Assembly (NCBI GenBank): GCA_965225945.1 | Contig: CBDDBZ010000024.1 | Coordinates: forward strand, 75,672 to 139,671 | Direction of reading: 5' to 3' | Source: Alphaproteobacteria bacterium | GTDB lineage: Bacteria > Pseudomonadota > Alphaproteobacteria > GCA-2731375 | DNA: 64,000 nt | Part shown: one piece after another, positions 21,216 through 32,834 of the stretch | Layout: the number at the start of each line of letters is the position of its first letter | Position numbering within the stretch: position 1 is the first letter of the stretch | Translations under genes and position numbers: made by a program | The notes under the pieces: generated by a model | Seen by the model: only the letters and a program-made list of their open reading frames with translations | What the model was told of the DNA's origin: nothing | Database searches by the model: none

Positions 21216-22268
21216 ATGACGATGGCACATTTCGTAGGTCTGGATGTTTCGGTGAAGGAGACGGCGGTATGCGTCGTCGACGAGGTTGGCGAGGTGGTGT
21301 TGGAGCGGAAAGTACCGACCGAGCCGGACGACATCGTCACGCTGCTGACCTCGATCGGCGTGGCCTATGGCCGGATCGGGATCGAAGCCGGTCCGCTCTC
21401 GCAATGGCTGGTCAACGGTCTTGCCGCCGCCGGGCTGCCGGTTGTCTGCGTCGAGACTCGGCACATGAAAGCACTGCTCAAGGGGCAGCAGGTCAACAAG
21501 AGCGACCGCAACGATGCGCGCGGCATCGCCCAGATGATGCGGGTCGGGCTGTTCAAGCCGGTGCATGTGAAGACCCTGGTTGCCCAGGAGCAGCGGATGC
21601 TGCTGACCAGCCGCAAGCTGCTCCAGAGAAAACTGCTCGACGTCGAGAACGATCTACGCGGGACGCTGCGCAACTTCGGTCTCAAGGTGGGCATGGTCAG
21701 CACCCGCGGGTACGAGGCGCGGATCCGCGAGCTGGTCGAAGACTTTCCGAAGCTGGCCGCTATTGTGGAACCGCTGCTCACCGTCCGGCGAGTGATGCGC
21801 CGGCAGTTCGCGGTCCTCCACAAAATGGTGCTCGACACGGTCCGCCATGACCCGGTCTGCCGACGGCTCGTGACGGCACCCGGCGTCGGCGTGGTCGTCG
21901 CGCTGACCTACCGGGCTACCATTGATCAGCCGCAGCGCTTCGTTCACTCCAGGGCGGTCGGCGCGCATGTCGGCCTGACGCCGAAGCGCTTCCAGTCCGG
22001 CGAGATCGACTATGATGGTCGCGTGTCCAAGTGCGGCGACAGCATGCTCCGCACGATGCTGTACGAGGCCGCGCAGTCCCTCCTCGCCCACGGCCGGAAA
22101 TGGTCCTGGCTGAAGGCGTGGGGCATGCGAGTGGCCCAGCGACGTGGCATGCGCCGTGCCATCGTCGCCGTCGCGAGGCGCCTGGCCGTAGTTCTGCACC
22201 GCATGTGGGTCGACGGCACCGAGTTCCGCTGGAGCAACGGCCCTGCTGACGCCGTCAAGGCGGATTGA
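21216..22268 (+). CDS. IS110-family DEDD recombinase
   Basis: 350 aa, differing from copy 1 by a few substitutions. Confidence 0.95.
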   Translation: MTMAHFVGLDVSVKETAVCVVDEVGEVVLERKVPTEPDDIVTLLTSIGVAYGRIGIEAGPLSQWLVNGLAAAGLPVVCVETRHMKALLKGQQVNKSDRNDARGIAQMMRVGLFKPVHVKTLVAQEQRMLLTSRKLLQRKLLDVENDLRGTLRNFGLKVGMVSTRGYEARIRELVEDFPKLAAIVEPLLTVRRVMRRQFAVLHKMVLDTVRHDPVCRRLVTAPGVGVVVALTYRATIDQPQRFVHSRAVGAHVGLTPKRFQSGEIDYDGRVSKCGDSMLRTMLYEAAQSLLAHGRKWSWLKAWGMRVAQRRGMRRAIVAVARRLAVVLHRMWVDGTEFRWSNGPADAVKAD

Positions 22269-22309
22269 ACCTTCGACTGTACTGACAAGGAGATCAACGA
22301 GTTCTGCTT

Positions 22310-22500
22310 AGGCAGAGAGATGTCCTCACGGGGACGACGGGTGGGGTGAGTTCGTAATGTCGGTAGACCCTGCCGCTGACCGGCGGCAAGGACGCGCGAA
22401 AGATTGAACCGCCTCATCCTCTGATCCCATCATGAGGTGGTCACGCGCCAACCTCGAAGAGAAGCAAGAGCCCCGTGCGGCAACATCAGCCAGTGCGGAA
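22310..22500 (+). ncRNA. Putative bridge/seek RNA of the IS1111-type element (ends approximate; mirrored in copy 1)
   Basis: Guide-like segments AATGTCGG and GAAAG match the target; CCATC and AGAGAAG match the donor junction. Each pair flanks a hairpin. Confidence 0.7.
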
Positions 22501-22628
22501 CGACGTGAAGAAGGAATATGGCATGATGTAACCAGAAAGGGCTTGACCAAGGCCGCGATAGAGAAGCCGACATTCGGCCGATCAGCGCCATCGCATCAGG
22601 CCATTGCCGCTCTCTTCCACTCCCCACC

Positions 22629-22950
22629 ATGCTCCGCCTGGCCCTGCTGCTCACGCTCCTCACCACCCTCACCCTGGCCGACGTCACCGGCTCGGCCCGC
22701 GTTATAGACGGCGACACGATCGAGGTGGCCGGTGAGCGCATCCGCCTGCATGGCATCGACGCGCCGGAGAGCCACCAGGCCAGCCGACGACGCGGCGTGA
22801 CATGGCTCTGTGGCGCCGAGGCGAGCAGGGCCCTCCGGGGCCTGGTAGGCGACGAGCCGGTGCGCTGCGACGAGCGGGGCCGCGATCGTTATGGCCGACT
22901 CATTTCCGTCTGTTGGGCCAACGGGATGGACGTCAACGCGAGAATGGTGG
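22629..22950 (+). pseudogene. Thermonuclease (SNase-like) protein, C-terminally truncated
   Basis: RVIDGDTI, RLHGIDAPE, DRYGR, DVNARMV, after which similarity is lost. Confidence 0.75.
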
Positions 22951-24845
22951 CCACCGCCGTTATCTCACCGAGGGGCAGAAGGGGCTTGCCATTGGTGCGA
23001 CTGGTCACTTTCCCGAGGGGGTTGCGCGCGGACCTAACCCCAAAATCGGCAGAAAACGGCCAATCATTGGAAGGTGGGCCAGCTGGCCCATCTTCAGAAC
23101 ACTCAATAGACGAATTCGGCGATGACGAAGATCACGATGACGAGGATCGCCGGCGGGACCACGGCGTATTTGATCACCGCCCGTCCGATCGCCTTCAGCT
23201 CGGCGTCGTTTGAGATCTACGTCATCAACAGCGGCAGGACCGCCCCCAGCAACGGTATCGCGACGATCAGCACTTGATCGATCCTACCAGAGGCTGGTCG
23301 CAACCAGATCCCTTGAGAACCAGATCGCCAAGGCGAGCGATATCAGCACGACCTGTAGGGAAAACATCTGGGTGACGCGAAGGGAGTTCATCATGAGTCC
23401 GCTCCTGAAAGTGTTTCAATGGGCCCGATATGGGGTCGGCCGTCGCCACCCACATCACCCAAATGGATATCAATTTTTTCTGGAATTGGTATCCCCTTCA
23501 TTGCCCCGATCCGGCCCGGGCAGGGGCATGGGGCGGCCGACCCCCGCCCCCCTCGGCGTCACGGCGATCGGGCGGGACTCCAGTAGCCAAAAATACTCCC
23601 GCTACTCGAATCCTCGGAACCACGTCCGTTGCCGTGCTTGTAGGGTGGCAGCGACCGCTGGCCCGGTCGGGTTGTCGAGACAATGCAAGGCGAGCGTGTC
23701 TCGCCGGGCATACTTGCCCACGCTACGCGCGCGACGAGGTTTTCGGGCGTGTCCCGTGCTGGGCCGAGCGGTCGCCTCGCTTGAGCGCCAAAAGGCGCCG
23801 ATCGGCAGCGGCTTTTTTGTATAATTTCCGTACGAGGGCTTTTCGGGGAGGCCGATCCCGTAAGAGGGGCAAAACCCCGGGCATTTTTTGAGCCGGGGGG
23901 ATTCTCAGCGGACTCGAAGTATGAATCAATGGGGCGATGGCCGAATCGCTCCCGGATATTGAGGCCCTGAGCCTGGACGACCTCAAGCGGTTGGTGCTCC
24001 GGCAATTGGAGGAGGTCGCGCGTCTGCGAGTGGAGAACGCGGCCTTGCGCGAGGAGATCGCGCGGCTGAAAGGGCTCAAGGGGCGGCCCAAGATCAAGCC
24101 GAGCGGCATGGAGAAGAAGGCGGCCGAACGACGCAAGACCAAGGAACGGCGCCAACAGGCCTGCCGGGGCAAGAAGAACGCGCGGCTGCGTATCGACGAG
24201 GAGCGCATCCTTGTGGCCGAGGTTCCGCCGGGCTCGCGCTTCAAGGGCACCGAGCCCTACGTGGTCCAAGATCTCTTGGTGCGCCCATATACCCTGCGCT
24301 ACCACCGGCAACGCTGGGTGACGCCGTCGGGAGAGACGGTGATAGCGGCCTTGCCAGCGGGGGTGAAGGGCCACTTCGGGTCGGAGTTGCGCCGCTTCGT
24401 GGTGGACCTCTACCACCAGGGCCAGACCACGGTGGCGCGTCTGGTGGCCTTGCTCAGCGATATCGGGGTGGCGATCTCCAAGCGCCAGGTGATGCGGCTC
24501 CTGAACGAGGACCAGGCGTGCTTCACCGGCGAGGCGGGCGCGGTTCTGCGCGCCGGCCTGGAGACCGCGGCCTGGGTCAGCGTGGACGACACCGGCGCCC
24601 GCCATCGGGCGCGCAACGGCGTGTGCACGCAGATCGGCAACGACCATTTCGCCTGGTTCGCCACCGGCTTTTCCAAGAGCCGGCGGAACTTCCTGGAACT
24701 GCTGCGGGCCGGTCACGAAGACTACCTGGTTGTGGAACGGCGTGCAAAGTTGACCCCTGTTGAGGGGTGATCGGCGTCCAAATTTGACCCCCTGAGCCTG
24801 GCTAGTCCAAGTCACCTCGTTTTTGGGCGGACGAGGTGGTGGGGG

Positions 24846-26357
24846 ATGTTGGTCGTGGAGACGATAGCGCGGATCCGGCGGGAGTATTTCGTCAAGGGGA
24901 AGCCGATCAAGGAGATCGTGCGGGACGTGAAGGTCTCGGGCAACACGGTGCGCAAGGTGATCCGTTCGCAGGCGACGGCGTTCACCTACGACCGGCGGGT
25001 CCAGCCGATGCCGAAGCTGGGGCCGTGGACGGCCGAGCTGGAGCGGATGCTGGAGGCCAACGAGACCAAGTCGAAGCGGGAGCGGCTGACGCTGCTACGG
25101 ATCTCCGAAGCCCTCGAGGGTCTGGGCTATGGCGGCGGCTACGACGCGGTGCGGCGCTACGCCAAGGCGTGGCGGTGGCGCCGTTCGGCATCGACGGCGC
25201 AGACCTATGTGCCGTTGGTGTTCTCGCCGGGCGAGGCCTATCAGTTCGACTGGAGCCACGAGTACGTGGTGCTGGCGGGGGTGACGACCAAGGTCAAGGT
25301 CGCGCACGTCCGGCTGTGCCACAGCCGAATGTTCTTCGTCCGCGCTTATCCGCGCGAGAGCCAGGAGATGGTGTTCGACGCCCACGACCGGGCATTCCGG
25401 CTGTTCCAGGGTGCCTGCCGGCGAGGCATCTACGACAACATGAAGACGGCGGTGCAGACCGTCCTCATCGGCAAGGAGCGCGCGTTCAACCGGCGCTTCG
25501 TGCAGATGTGTGGCCACTACCTGGTCGAACCGACAGCATGCACGCCGGGAGCGGGATGGGAGAAGGGGCAGGTCGAGAACCAGGTCGGGATCATCCGCGG
25601 TCGGTTCTTCACCCCGCGGCTGCGCTTCAAGACCTACGACGAACTCAACGCCTGGCTCTTGGACCAGTGCGTCGCCTACGCCCGGCGTCATCCCCACCCG
25701 GTGTTCAAGGACAGGACTGTCTGGCAGGTGTTCGAGGACGAGCGTCCGTCCCTGGTCGGCTATCGCGGGCCGTTCGACGGCTTCCACGCGGTCCCGGCGT
25801 CGGTGTCGAAGACCTGCCTGGTGCGCTTCGACAGCAACAAGTACAGCGTGGCGGCGCGCGCCGTCGGCCGTCCGGTCGAGGTCCATGCCTACGCCGATCG
25901 CATCGTCATCCGCCAGGACGGCGAGATCGTCGCCGAGCATGCCCGGCGCTTCGGCCGCGACCAGACCGTCTATGACCCGTGGCACTACGTGCCCGTGCTG
26001 GCGAGGAAGCCCGGTGCGCTTCGTAACGGCGCGCCGTTCAAGGACTGGGCGCTGCCCGGCGCCCTGGGTCGCGTGCGCGTCCGGCTCGCCGGCCACGACG
26101 ACGGCGACAGGCAGATGGTCGAGATCCTCACCGCCGTGCTGGCGGATGGGCTGGCGGCGGTGGAGGCCGCCTGTGCCGAGGCGCTCGCTGGCGGCGTGTG
26201 CAGCGCCGACGTCGTGCTCAACATCCTCAATCGTCGGCGCCAGCCGTCCGAGACGGCGCCGATCCCGACGCCCGCGAACCTGCGTCTTCGCTTTGAGCCG
26301 GTGGCCGATTGCACCCGCTACGACCGCTTGAGGGGGGTCGGCCATGGAGCGCCATGA
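24846..26357 (+). CDS. istA: IS21 transposase
   Basis: Identical protein to 13617-15128. Confidence 0.95.
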   Translation: MLVVETIARIRREYFVKGKPIKEIVRDVKVSGNTVRKVIRSQATAFTYDRRVQPMPKLGPWTAELERMLEANETKSKRERLTLLRISEALEGLGYGGGYDAVRRYAKAWRWRRSASTAQTYVPLVFSPGEAYQFDWSHEYVVLAGVTTKVKVAHVRLCHSRMFFVRAYPRESQEMVFDAHDRAFRLFQGACRRGIYDNMKTAVQTVLIGKERAFNRRFVQMCGHYLVEPTACTPGAGWEKGQVENQVGIIRGRFFTPRLRFKTYDELNAWLLDQCVAYARRHPHPVFKDRTVWQVFEDERPSLVGYRGPFDGFHAVPASVSKTCLVRFDSNKYSVAARAVGRPVEVHAYADRIVIRQDGEIVAEHARRFGRDQTVYDPWHYVPVLARKPGALRNGAPFKDWALPGALGRVRVRLAGHDDGDRQMVEILTAVLADGLAAVEAACAEALAGGVCSADVVLNILNRRRQPSETAPIPTPANLRLRFEPVADCTRYDRLRGVGHGAP

Positions 26358-27072
26358 GGTCCTGGAGATGATGGCCGCACTCAAGCTCGCCGGCATGCGC
26401 GACGCGTTCGACGAGGTGCTCGCCGACGGCCTCAAGCGCCAGCATCCGATGCAGCGAATCATCGGCGAGCTGTTGAAGGCCGAGATCGCCGACAAGCAGG
26501 CGCGATCCATCAAGTACCAGATGAGTGGCGCCAAGCTGCCGCTGGCCAAGGAGCTGGCCGACTTCGACTTCACCGACACCCCGGTCAACGAGCCGCTGGT
26601 CCGCGAGTTGGCGGTCGGCGGCTTCCTGGCCAACCAGCGCAACGCCGTGCTGATCGGCGGCACCGGCACCGGCAAGAGCCATCTCGCCGTCGCCATCGCG
26701 CGGGCCTGCATCCGCGATGGCGCCCGGGGCCGCTTCTTCAACGTCGTCGACCTGGTCAACCGGCTCGAGGCCGAAGCCCGCGCCGGCCGCCAGGGCCGGC
26801 TCGCCGATCAGCTGGCCCGGCGCGACCTCGTCATCCTCGACGAGCTCGGCTACCTGCCCTTCGCCCAAACCGGAGGCCAGCTGCTGTTCCACCTCGTCAG
26901 CCGGCTCTACGAGCGCACCTCGATCATCGTCACCACCAACCTGACCTTCGGCGAATGGCCGTCCGTCTTCGGCGACGCCAAGATGACCACCGCGCTCCTC
27001 GATCGTCTGACGCACCACTGCGAGATCATCGAGACCGGAAACGACTCCTGGCGCTTCAAGAATCGGTCCTAA
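26344..27072 (+). CDS. istB: IS21 helper ATPase
   Basis: Identical protein to 12902-13630. Confidence 0.95.
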   Translation: MERHEVLEMMAALKLAGMRDAFDEVLADGLKRQHPMQRIIGELLKAEIADKQARSIKYQMSGAKLPLAKELADFDFTDTPVNEPLVRELAVGGFLANQRNAVLIGGTGTGKSHLAVAIARACIRDGARGRFFNVVDLVNRLEAEARAGRQGRLADQLARRDLVILDELGYLPFAQTGGQLLFHLVSRLYERTSIIVTTNLTFGEWPSVFGDAKMTTALLDRLTHHCEIIETGNDSWRFKNRS

Positions 27073-28370
27073 AGGCAACCGATCCACCTGCCGCCCGGTC
27101 GCCCAGGTGGGCCCACAGGAACCTCCCACGCGCGGTCCGCCGCCAGCCGCGTGGTGGGCGCGTCGGCCCGCGCGCGGGCCCCTCCTATGGACTACCTGTA
27201 CGACCTCCGCCGTGCATCCCCAAAGGGGTCAACATTGCACGCCGATAGGGGGTCAATGTTCAACGCCGATTGACAACCTGGTCAATGACGCGGCCTTGGC
27301 CTACATGCGCGAACGCCGTCTCGCCGGCCCCCTCGTCGCCCGTTTGGAAACGGCCCGGGTGCGCCGCTTTGCCGACGAGAGGATCTGGATGAGCCACCTG
27401 AAGGCCTTGGGGATCACGGACCTCGAGGTCCAGCCCGATCCGGTCAAGATCGCCACCGAGGGCGCGCTCTGGGGCTCCCTTACTGACCACGGCCTGCTCA
27501 AAGACAGCGTCATCCTCAGCGACGACGCCGGCCAGTTCAACGTCGGCCATCACGCGCTCTGCTGGGTCCACGCCGAGCGCTTGGTCCATAAGCTGGATTG
27601 TTTCACTCAGGCGCAGGCGCAAGCGAAAGAACGGATCCGGACCCGGATCTGGTGGCTCTACGCGGACCTCAAGGCCTACCGCGAAGACCCGCGCCGGCGA
27701 CGAAGACGCGAGCTTCGCCGGCGCTTCGACGATATCTTCACCAGGCGCACCGGCTTCGCCACCCTCGATCGCCTGCTCGCCCGGCTCCATGGCAACAAGG
27801 AAGAGTTGCTGCTGGTGCTCGAGCGCCCCGAGGTGCCGCTCAACACCAACGGCTCGGAGAACGACATCCGCTGCCAGGTGACCCGCCGCAAGATCTCCGG
27901 CGGCACCCGATCCGAGGCCGGCCGCGAGGCCCGCGACGCCTTCCTCGGCCTCATGAAGACCTGCGCCAAACAGGGCATCTCCTTCTGGGACTACCTCGGC
28001 GACCGCCTCGGGGTCCCCGATGCCCCGCCTATCGCCTACCTCCCCGATCTGATCAGGCAGCGCGCCGCCTCAGCCTGAGTGCCCGGGGTTCTGCCCCTAT
28101 TACGAAACGGCTAGGCCTTTGGGTTTTCTAGTAGGCCTATAGTAGGCAAGAAGTCGAAGCATCCGGCCAAGGTTGCTGGTGGCCTTCGTAGGGGCGGGAA
28201 TCGCGCCGAGAGCATGGTCCCCGCCGGAGTCCTGGCGCCCTTTACACGAAAACGGCTCATACAGCGTCATTCGGGTTGCCTCAGGTAGGTGGGGTGCAGA
28301 AGGGCCCGGGATGCCTCTTTGCAGCTCCTGAAGTGGGGTATAGGCCCCTTGGATGGAGAGGGGGCCGTGT

Positions 28371-28423
28371 TGACGCGCTCGGCAGGACTCGAACCTGCGA
28401 CACCGTGATTAGAAATCCCGTGC
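28371..28423 (-). pseudogene. 3' part of tRNA-Arg(TCT), likely att-site remnant
   Basis: GCACGGGA-TTTCTAA-TCACG-GTGTC-GCAGG-TTCGAGT-CCTGC-CGAGCGCG-TCA; 5' acceptor strand and D arm absent. Confidence 0.75.
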
Positions 28424-28547
28424 AGTCGAATCACTCTAAACGGCGGAGCAATACTGGGCCACTGAGGCGGCGTGGATGGTCCGGGCTGCGGGCGGAGCAA
28501 ATTCCGCCACTGGGTAGCCTTTCATCGAGTTGATGGAAGGCGCGGAG

Positions 28548-30047
28548 ATGTACTCAGTGGAGCTTTATCGGAGGATCAGGCTTGCCTGTCGGCATGAAGG
28601 CCTGAGCGGGCGTGAGGCGGCCCGCCGTTTTGGGGTTGATCGGAAGACGGTAGCGAAGATCCTGGCGCACTCGGTTCCGCCGGGATACCGGCGCAGCCAG
28701 CCGGCGAAGCGGCCGAAGCTGGACCCGTTCACGGGGGTCATCGACCGCATTCTCGAGGAGGACCGGGCAGCCCACAGGAAGCAGCGGCACACCTCGAAGC
28801 GCATATTCGAGCGTCTTCGCGACGAACATGGCTTCGAGGGCGGGCAGACCATCGTCAAGGATTACGTGCGCGAACGCCGTCGCCGTCTGCGGGAGATGTT
28901 CGTCCCTCTGGCACATCCTCCCGGGCATGCGCAGGCGGACTTTGGGGAGGCCAGGGTGGTCATCGCCGGCGTGGAGGGGAAGGCCCACTTCTTCGCCATG
29001 GATCTTCCCCACAGCGACAAGTGCTTCGTGAAGGCCTATCCGGCGGCGACGGCGGAGGCCTGGTTGGACGGCCACAACTCAGCCTTTGCCTTCTTTGGTG
29101 GGGTGCCCCAGTCGATTCTCTACGACAACGACAAGCGCCTGGTGTCGCGCATTTTGCCAGACGGCACGCGGCAACGGACGCAGGCGTTCAGCGGGCTTCA
29201 ATCGCATTATCTGTTCGAGGACCGCTATGGCCGCCCCGGCAAGGGGAATGACAAGGGCAAGGTCGAGGGTCTGGTCGGCTATGCGCGGCGTAACTTCATG
29301 GTCCCTGTTCCTCGCTTCGAGAGCTGGGAGGCCTTCAACGCCGATCTGGCGGAGCACTGCCATAAACGCGGAGAGGATGTCCTGCGCGGCCACCGCGAGA
29401 GCATCGGCGAGCGGTTTGGTCGCGACCGGGAGGTCCTGATGGCGTCGCCGCCGGCGCCGTTTGATGCTTGCGACAAGCAGGGCACACGGGTCAGCTCGCT
29501 CTCCCTGGTGCGTTATCGAAGCAACGACTACTCGGTGCCTGTCGCCTACGGGCACCAAGAGGTCTGGGTCCGTGGCTACGTGCACGAGGTGGTCATCGGT
29601 TGCGGCGGCGAGATCATCGCCCGCCACCGCCGCTCTTACGAGCGAGAAGATCTGATCTACGATCCGCTCCACTATCTGGCTTTGTTGGAGAAGAAGATTG
29701 GCGCTTTGGACCAAGCGGCGCCGCTGCAGGGCTGGGACCTTCCCGAGGCGTTTGCCACCCTGCGACGCTTGCTCGAGGCCCGCATGGGCAAGAACGGCAA
29801 GCGGGAATACGTGCAGGTCTTGCGGCTTCTGGAGACCTTCGACCTCGAAAACCTCCATGGCGCCATCCGCGATGCCCTGCGGCTCGGCGCCATCGGATAC
29901 GATGCCGTCAAACATCTGGTTCTCTGTCGCATCGAACGCAGACCGCCACGGCTGGACCTGGACGTCTATCCCTATCTGCCTCGCGCCCGTGTCGCGACCG
30001 CCGCCGCCGCCACTTACATGAGCCTGCTGGGTGGCGCCGGATCATGA
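28548..30047 (+). CDS. istA: Transposase of a second, different IS21-family element
   Basis: QADFGE, YDND, DKGKVE; upstream repeated GGCGGAGCAA...GCCACT end motifs. Confidence 0.9.
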   Translation: MYSVELYRRIRLACRHEGLSGREAARRFGVDRKTVAKILAHSVPPGYRRSQPAKRPKLDPFTGVIDRILEEDRAAHRKQRHTSKRIFERLRDEHGFEGGQTIVKDYVRERRRRLREMFVPLAHPPGHAQADFGEARVVIAGVEGKAHFFAMDLPHSDKCFVKAYPAATAEAWLDGHNSAFAFFGGVPQSILYDNDKRLVSRILPDGTRQRTQAFSGLQSHYLFEDRYGRPGKGNDKGKVEGLVGYARRNFMVPVPRFESWEAFNADLAEHCHKRGEDVLRGHRESIGERFGRDREVLMASPPAPFDACDKQGTRVSSLSLVRYRSNDYSVPVAYGHQEVWVRGYVHEVVIGCGGEIIARHRRSYEREDLIYDPLHYLALLEKKIGALDQAAPLQGWDLPEAFATLRRLLEARMGKNGKREYVQVLRLLETFDLENLHGAIRDALRLGAIGYDAVKHLVLCRIERRPPRLDLDVYPYLPRARVATAAAATYMSLLGGAGS

Positions 30048-31690
30048 CCGACACGCCCCAGCTCTTGCTGGCCCATCACCTGAAGTCCCTCGAGCTGCCG
30101 ACCTTCCAGCGCGAGTATGACAAGCTCGCCCGCCCGGCGGCCAACGGCCGCCCATCATATGATCGGCGCGCATTCGCGCGCGGGGCGCCGCCGAGGGCGT
30201 CGACCATGTGCGCTATCTGTTGCGCCTGGCCGAGCTGGAACTGATCGACCGCGAGCGCCGCATGGTCGAGCGGCGGATCCGGCAGGCCAGGTTCCCCGCC
30301 GCCAAAAGCCTCGACAGCTTCGACTTCAAGGCACTCCCGTCGCTCAATAAGATGCTCACCCTGGAACTGGCCCGATGCGAGTATATCGAGCGTCGTGAAA
30401 ACGTCATTGCGCTCGGCAACAGCGGCAGCGGCAAAACCCATGTCGCGCTCGGTCTCGGCCTCGCGGCCTGTCAGAAGGGGCTTTCCGTCGGCTTCACCAC
30501 GGCCGCCGCCCTGGTTCATGGGCTGATGGAGGCCCGGGACGAGAAGCGTCTGCTACGCCTCCAGAGCCAGTTGGCAAAATACCGCCTCTCGTCGGATGGC
30601 TTACGCGGCGCCACCGGCGCCACGGTCCATCCTCCGCGTCGACGAACTCGGCTTCGTGCCGCTCTCCAAGACCGGCGCCGAACTCCTCTTCGAGGTCTTC
30701 TCCCAAAGATACGAGCGCGGCTCGATCCTGGTTACCTCGAACCTTGCCTATCCGGTTATCACCCACGGCTCACCCACTATATGTAGTGTGCACCCATTTT
30801 GCCTGAGTAAAGCTCGCCTGCAGGTCGAAGCGGAGATATCTCACGCCCCGATGCCGAGCAGGGACTCGGACGGCATTGTCAGCGCGCTTTTAGGCGACAC
30901 TTTAGCGTGGTGGAAATCCTAATCATTGAGTCGGATTTGGCAAACTGGCCCCTTTTTGCACCGCCACGTTGCATAAAGGACCGTCACTTCATTGAAATTT
31001 ATCTGAAATCGGAGGTGAACGACACCGATGGAATATTCCAGGAAATCAGAGCTTCATTGAATTGTAGGATTGCTTGAGTGCCGGATTATTCACAAATAGC
31101 TCTGCGCGAACTGGGCGATTTTAGCACCAAGCCGCCGCTCAGTACGTCCCTGATATCGATCCAGGGCCACGGCCTTTTCCGCCCAGGATCGCAGGCGCGT
31201 TCTTGCGTCGTCGCTTCGATCTTCGCAGCGACTCAAAACGCGCAGGAGACATGAACATGGCGCGAGATTGTCGGGTTCTTCGCAAGCGATTCGTGCCAGC
31301 GCGTCGCATTTCTTCCGACTAGTGCCGTCAATCGCTCAGACGATGTCGTTTCATCAGCATTGGCTTCGAAGTGTCCTGGCCGGTGGGTTTCTTCGTTGCT
31401 TTCCCTGTGGTCGAGGGCCACCGCTCGTCCGTCCCCCGCCATGTTAAGCTGGGACGTGGAGCGTGAATTAAACTCCGGTTCGGTTTTGCAGAACAATCAA
31501 GAATTAGCCGGATCGCCTCCTCAATGCGCCTGCGCCGGCCCTTGCCTGCAGTCCAAGGAGACACACTACATATAGTGGGTGTGGGTGATAACCGGATAGG
31601 CAAGGATTGAACAAGCCGTTCGATGAATGGACCGAGGTCTTCGGCTCCGAGCGGCTCACCGGCGCGCTCCTGGACCGGCTCACCCACCGG
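30044..31690 (+). pseudogene. istB: istB, frameshifted and interrupted
   Basis: GNSGSGKT, DELGFVP, TSN|KPFDEW and LLDRLTH lie in different frames, split by 30743-31604. Confidence 0.8.
30743..31604. mobile_element. Degenerate copy of the IR-bounded cassette at 55120-55871
   Basis: Same long terminal IRs and internal sequence, with many indels. Confidence 0.85.
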
Positions 31691-32834
31691 TGGAACTTTT
31701 GTCCGGCAGTTGGGCGTCGAGTGCTCGAGCAGTGGCGTGAGAAGGCGATCGCCGGGATCGATGCCTCCTCAACGCAAGGGCGATCCGGTAAAGGCGGAAC
31801 TGGACATCGCCATGAAGCGGATCGGGGAGTTGATCATGCAGGTGGAACTGCTGGAGGCCGGACGGAGACGTCCGGCCCTTTGGGGCGGCGGACGCGGCGA
31901 TGAGTGCCGCCACCTCTCCCGCACGGGTTTGGCCTACGGCCTCCAGCGGGTCTGTGCGGCCTGGGGTTTTGCCCGTTCCTCGGGAAATCCCGGCAGCAGG
32001 CCACCGTGAGCGCCCTCCAGCACGCCGGGGACCGAAGGATCTCGGACGAGGCTCTGCGCCATCGAGGCCGACCTGGAGGCATCCCCCTGAGGGCGAGGGG
32101 CAAGGTCTGGGCTCGGCTTCGGGTCTGTCGTGGCATCCGTGTTTCCCGCGCGCGGGTGCCCTCCGTGTGACTACGCGAGAACAACCTGCTCTCGCCAACC
32201 ATCGCTGGCCGCTCGTGGCGGAAATCCGCCGATGTCGGTGAGATCATCACCTTTTTGCACCGCCGTTGACACTCATGTGGGGCACAGACGGCGTTCGGGT
32301 GTTCATCGGTTAACGACGGCTGGGGCTGGATATTCACCGCTATCGAGCTTTATTTTGGAGATCGCCGAGTTCTTCACGCTGACCATGTGCGCAAGCAGGC
32401 GACCGCTTCGGCCCTTCAGCGATCTCCATGGGGCTTGCGAGGCTGTATGCCTCGACCTCCGCCGGTGCGGCGCGGGGGCTGGCCTTGCGGATGGATCACG
32501 GCTCCCAGTATCTGTCGGACCACTTCACCAACCAGATCAAGTTCTGGGGCATCCAGCCGTCCTACGCCTTCGTCGAACAGCCCCAGACCAACGGCGTCGC
32601 CGAGAGGTTCAATCGCACGCTCAAGGAACAGATCATCCATGGCCGCATCTACCGCAACATCGCGGAGCTGCGGAACGCCGTCCGCGGGTTCGTCGAACAG
32701 TACAATGCCCAGTGGATCGTGGAGAAGAACGGCTACCTGAGCCCCGCTCAAGCTCGTCAGGCGTGGCACACCGCGATGTCACTCAGGCCCGCCGCATGAG
32801 ACAAACTTGTGTCCAAGGAACCGGGTGCGATACA
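31690..32834 (+). mobile_element. Degenerate partial copy of the IS3-like element at 37254-38667
   Basis: Frameshifted orfA/orfB homology; intact right end GTGTCCAAGGAACCGGGTGCGATACA. Confidence 0.85.

Larger units (their letters stand above)
21108..22566 (+). mobile_element. IS110-family (IS1111-type) element, copy 2
   Basis: Subterminal IRs TATCGCGGC / GCCGCGATA; AG core; ~300-bp 3' non-coding region; site TGAAAG^CCGACATT. Confidence 0.93.
24731..27275 (+). mobile_element. IS21-family element, copy 2
   Basis: Same length (2545 bp) and identical proteins to copy 1; 7-bp TSD ACCTGGT. Confidence 0.95.
23937..28078 (+). pseudogene. IS66 transposase split by IS21
   Basis: VDDTG in the N-terminal part; SDDAGQF, LCWVHAER and NGSENDIR in the C-terminal part; joins as HEDYLV|NDAA. 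Confidence 0.88.
23860..28103 (+). mobile_element. IS66-family element (single-ORF type) interrupted by IS21
   Basis: IRs GTAAGAGGGGCAAAACCCCGGGCA / TGCCCGGGGTTCTGCCCCTATTAC. Confidence 0.88.

Noticed and set aside
23000-23850. ORFs between the nuclease fragment and IS66
   Set aside because: Interrupted hydrophobic fragments on minus and no recognisable product.
10633-27275. Inversion between the oppositely oriented IS1111 or IS21 pairs
   Set aside because: Each IS21 keeps its own TSD and IS1111 copy 1 flanks rejoin the RT frame, so no inversion has occurred.
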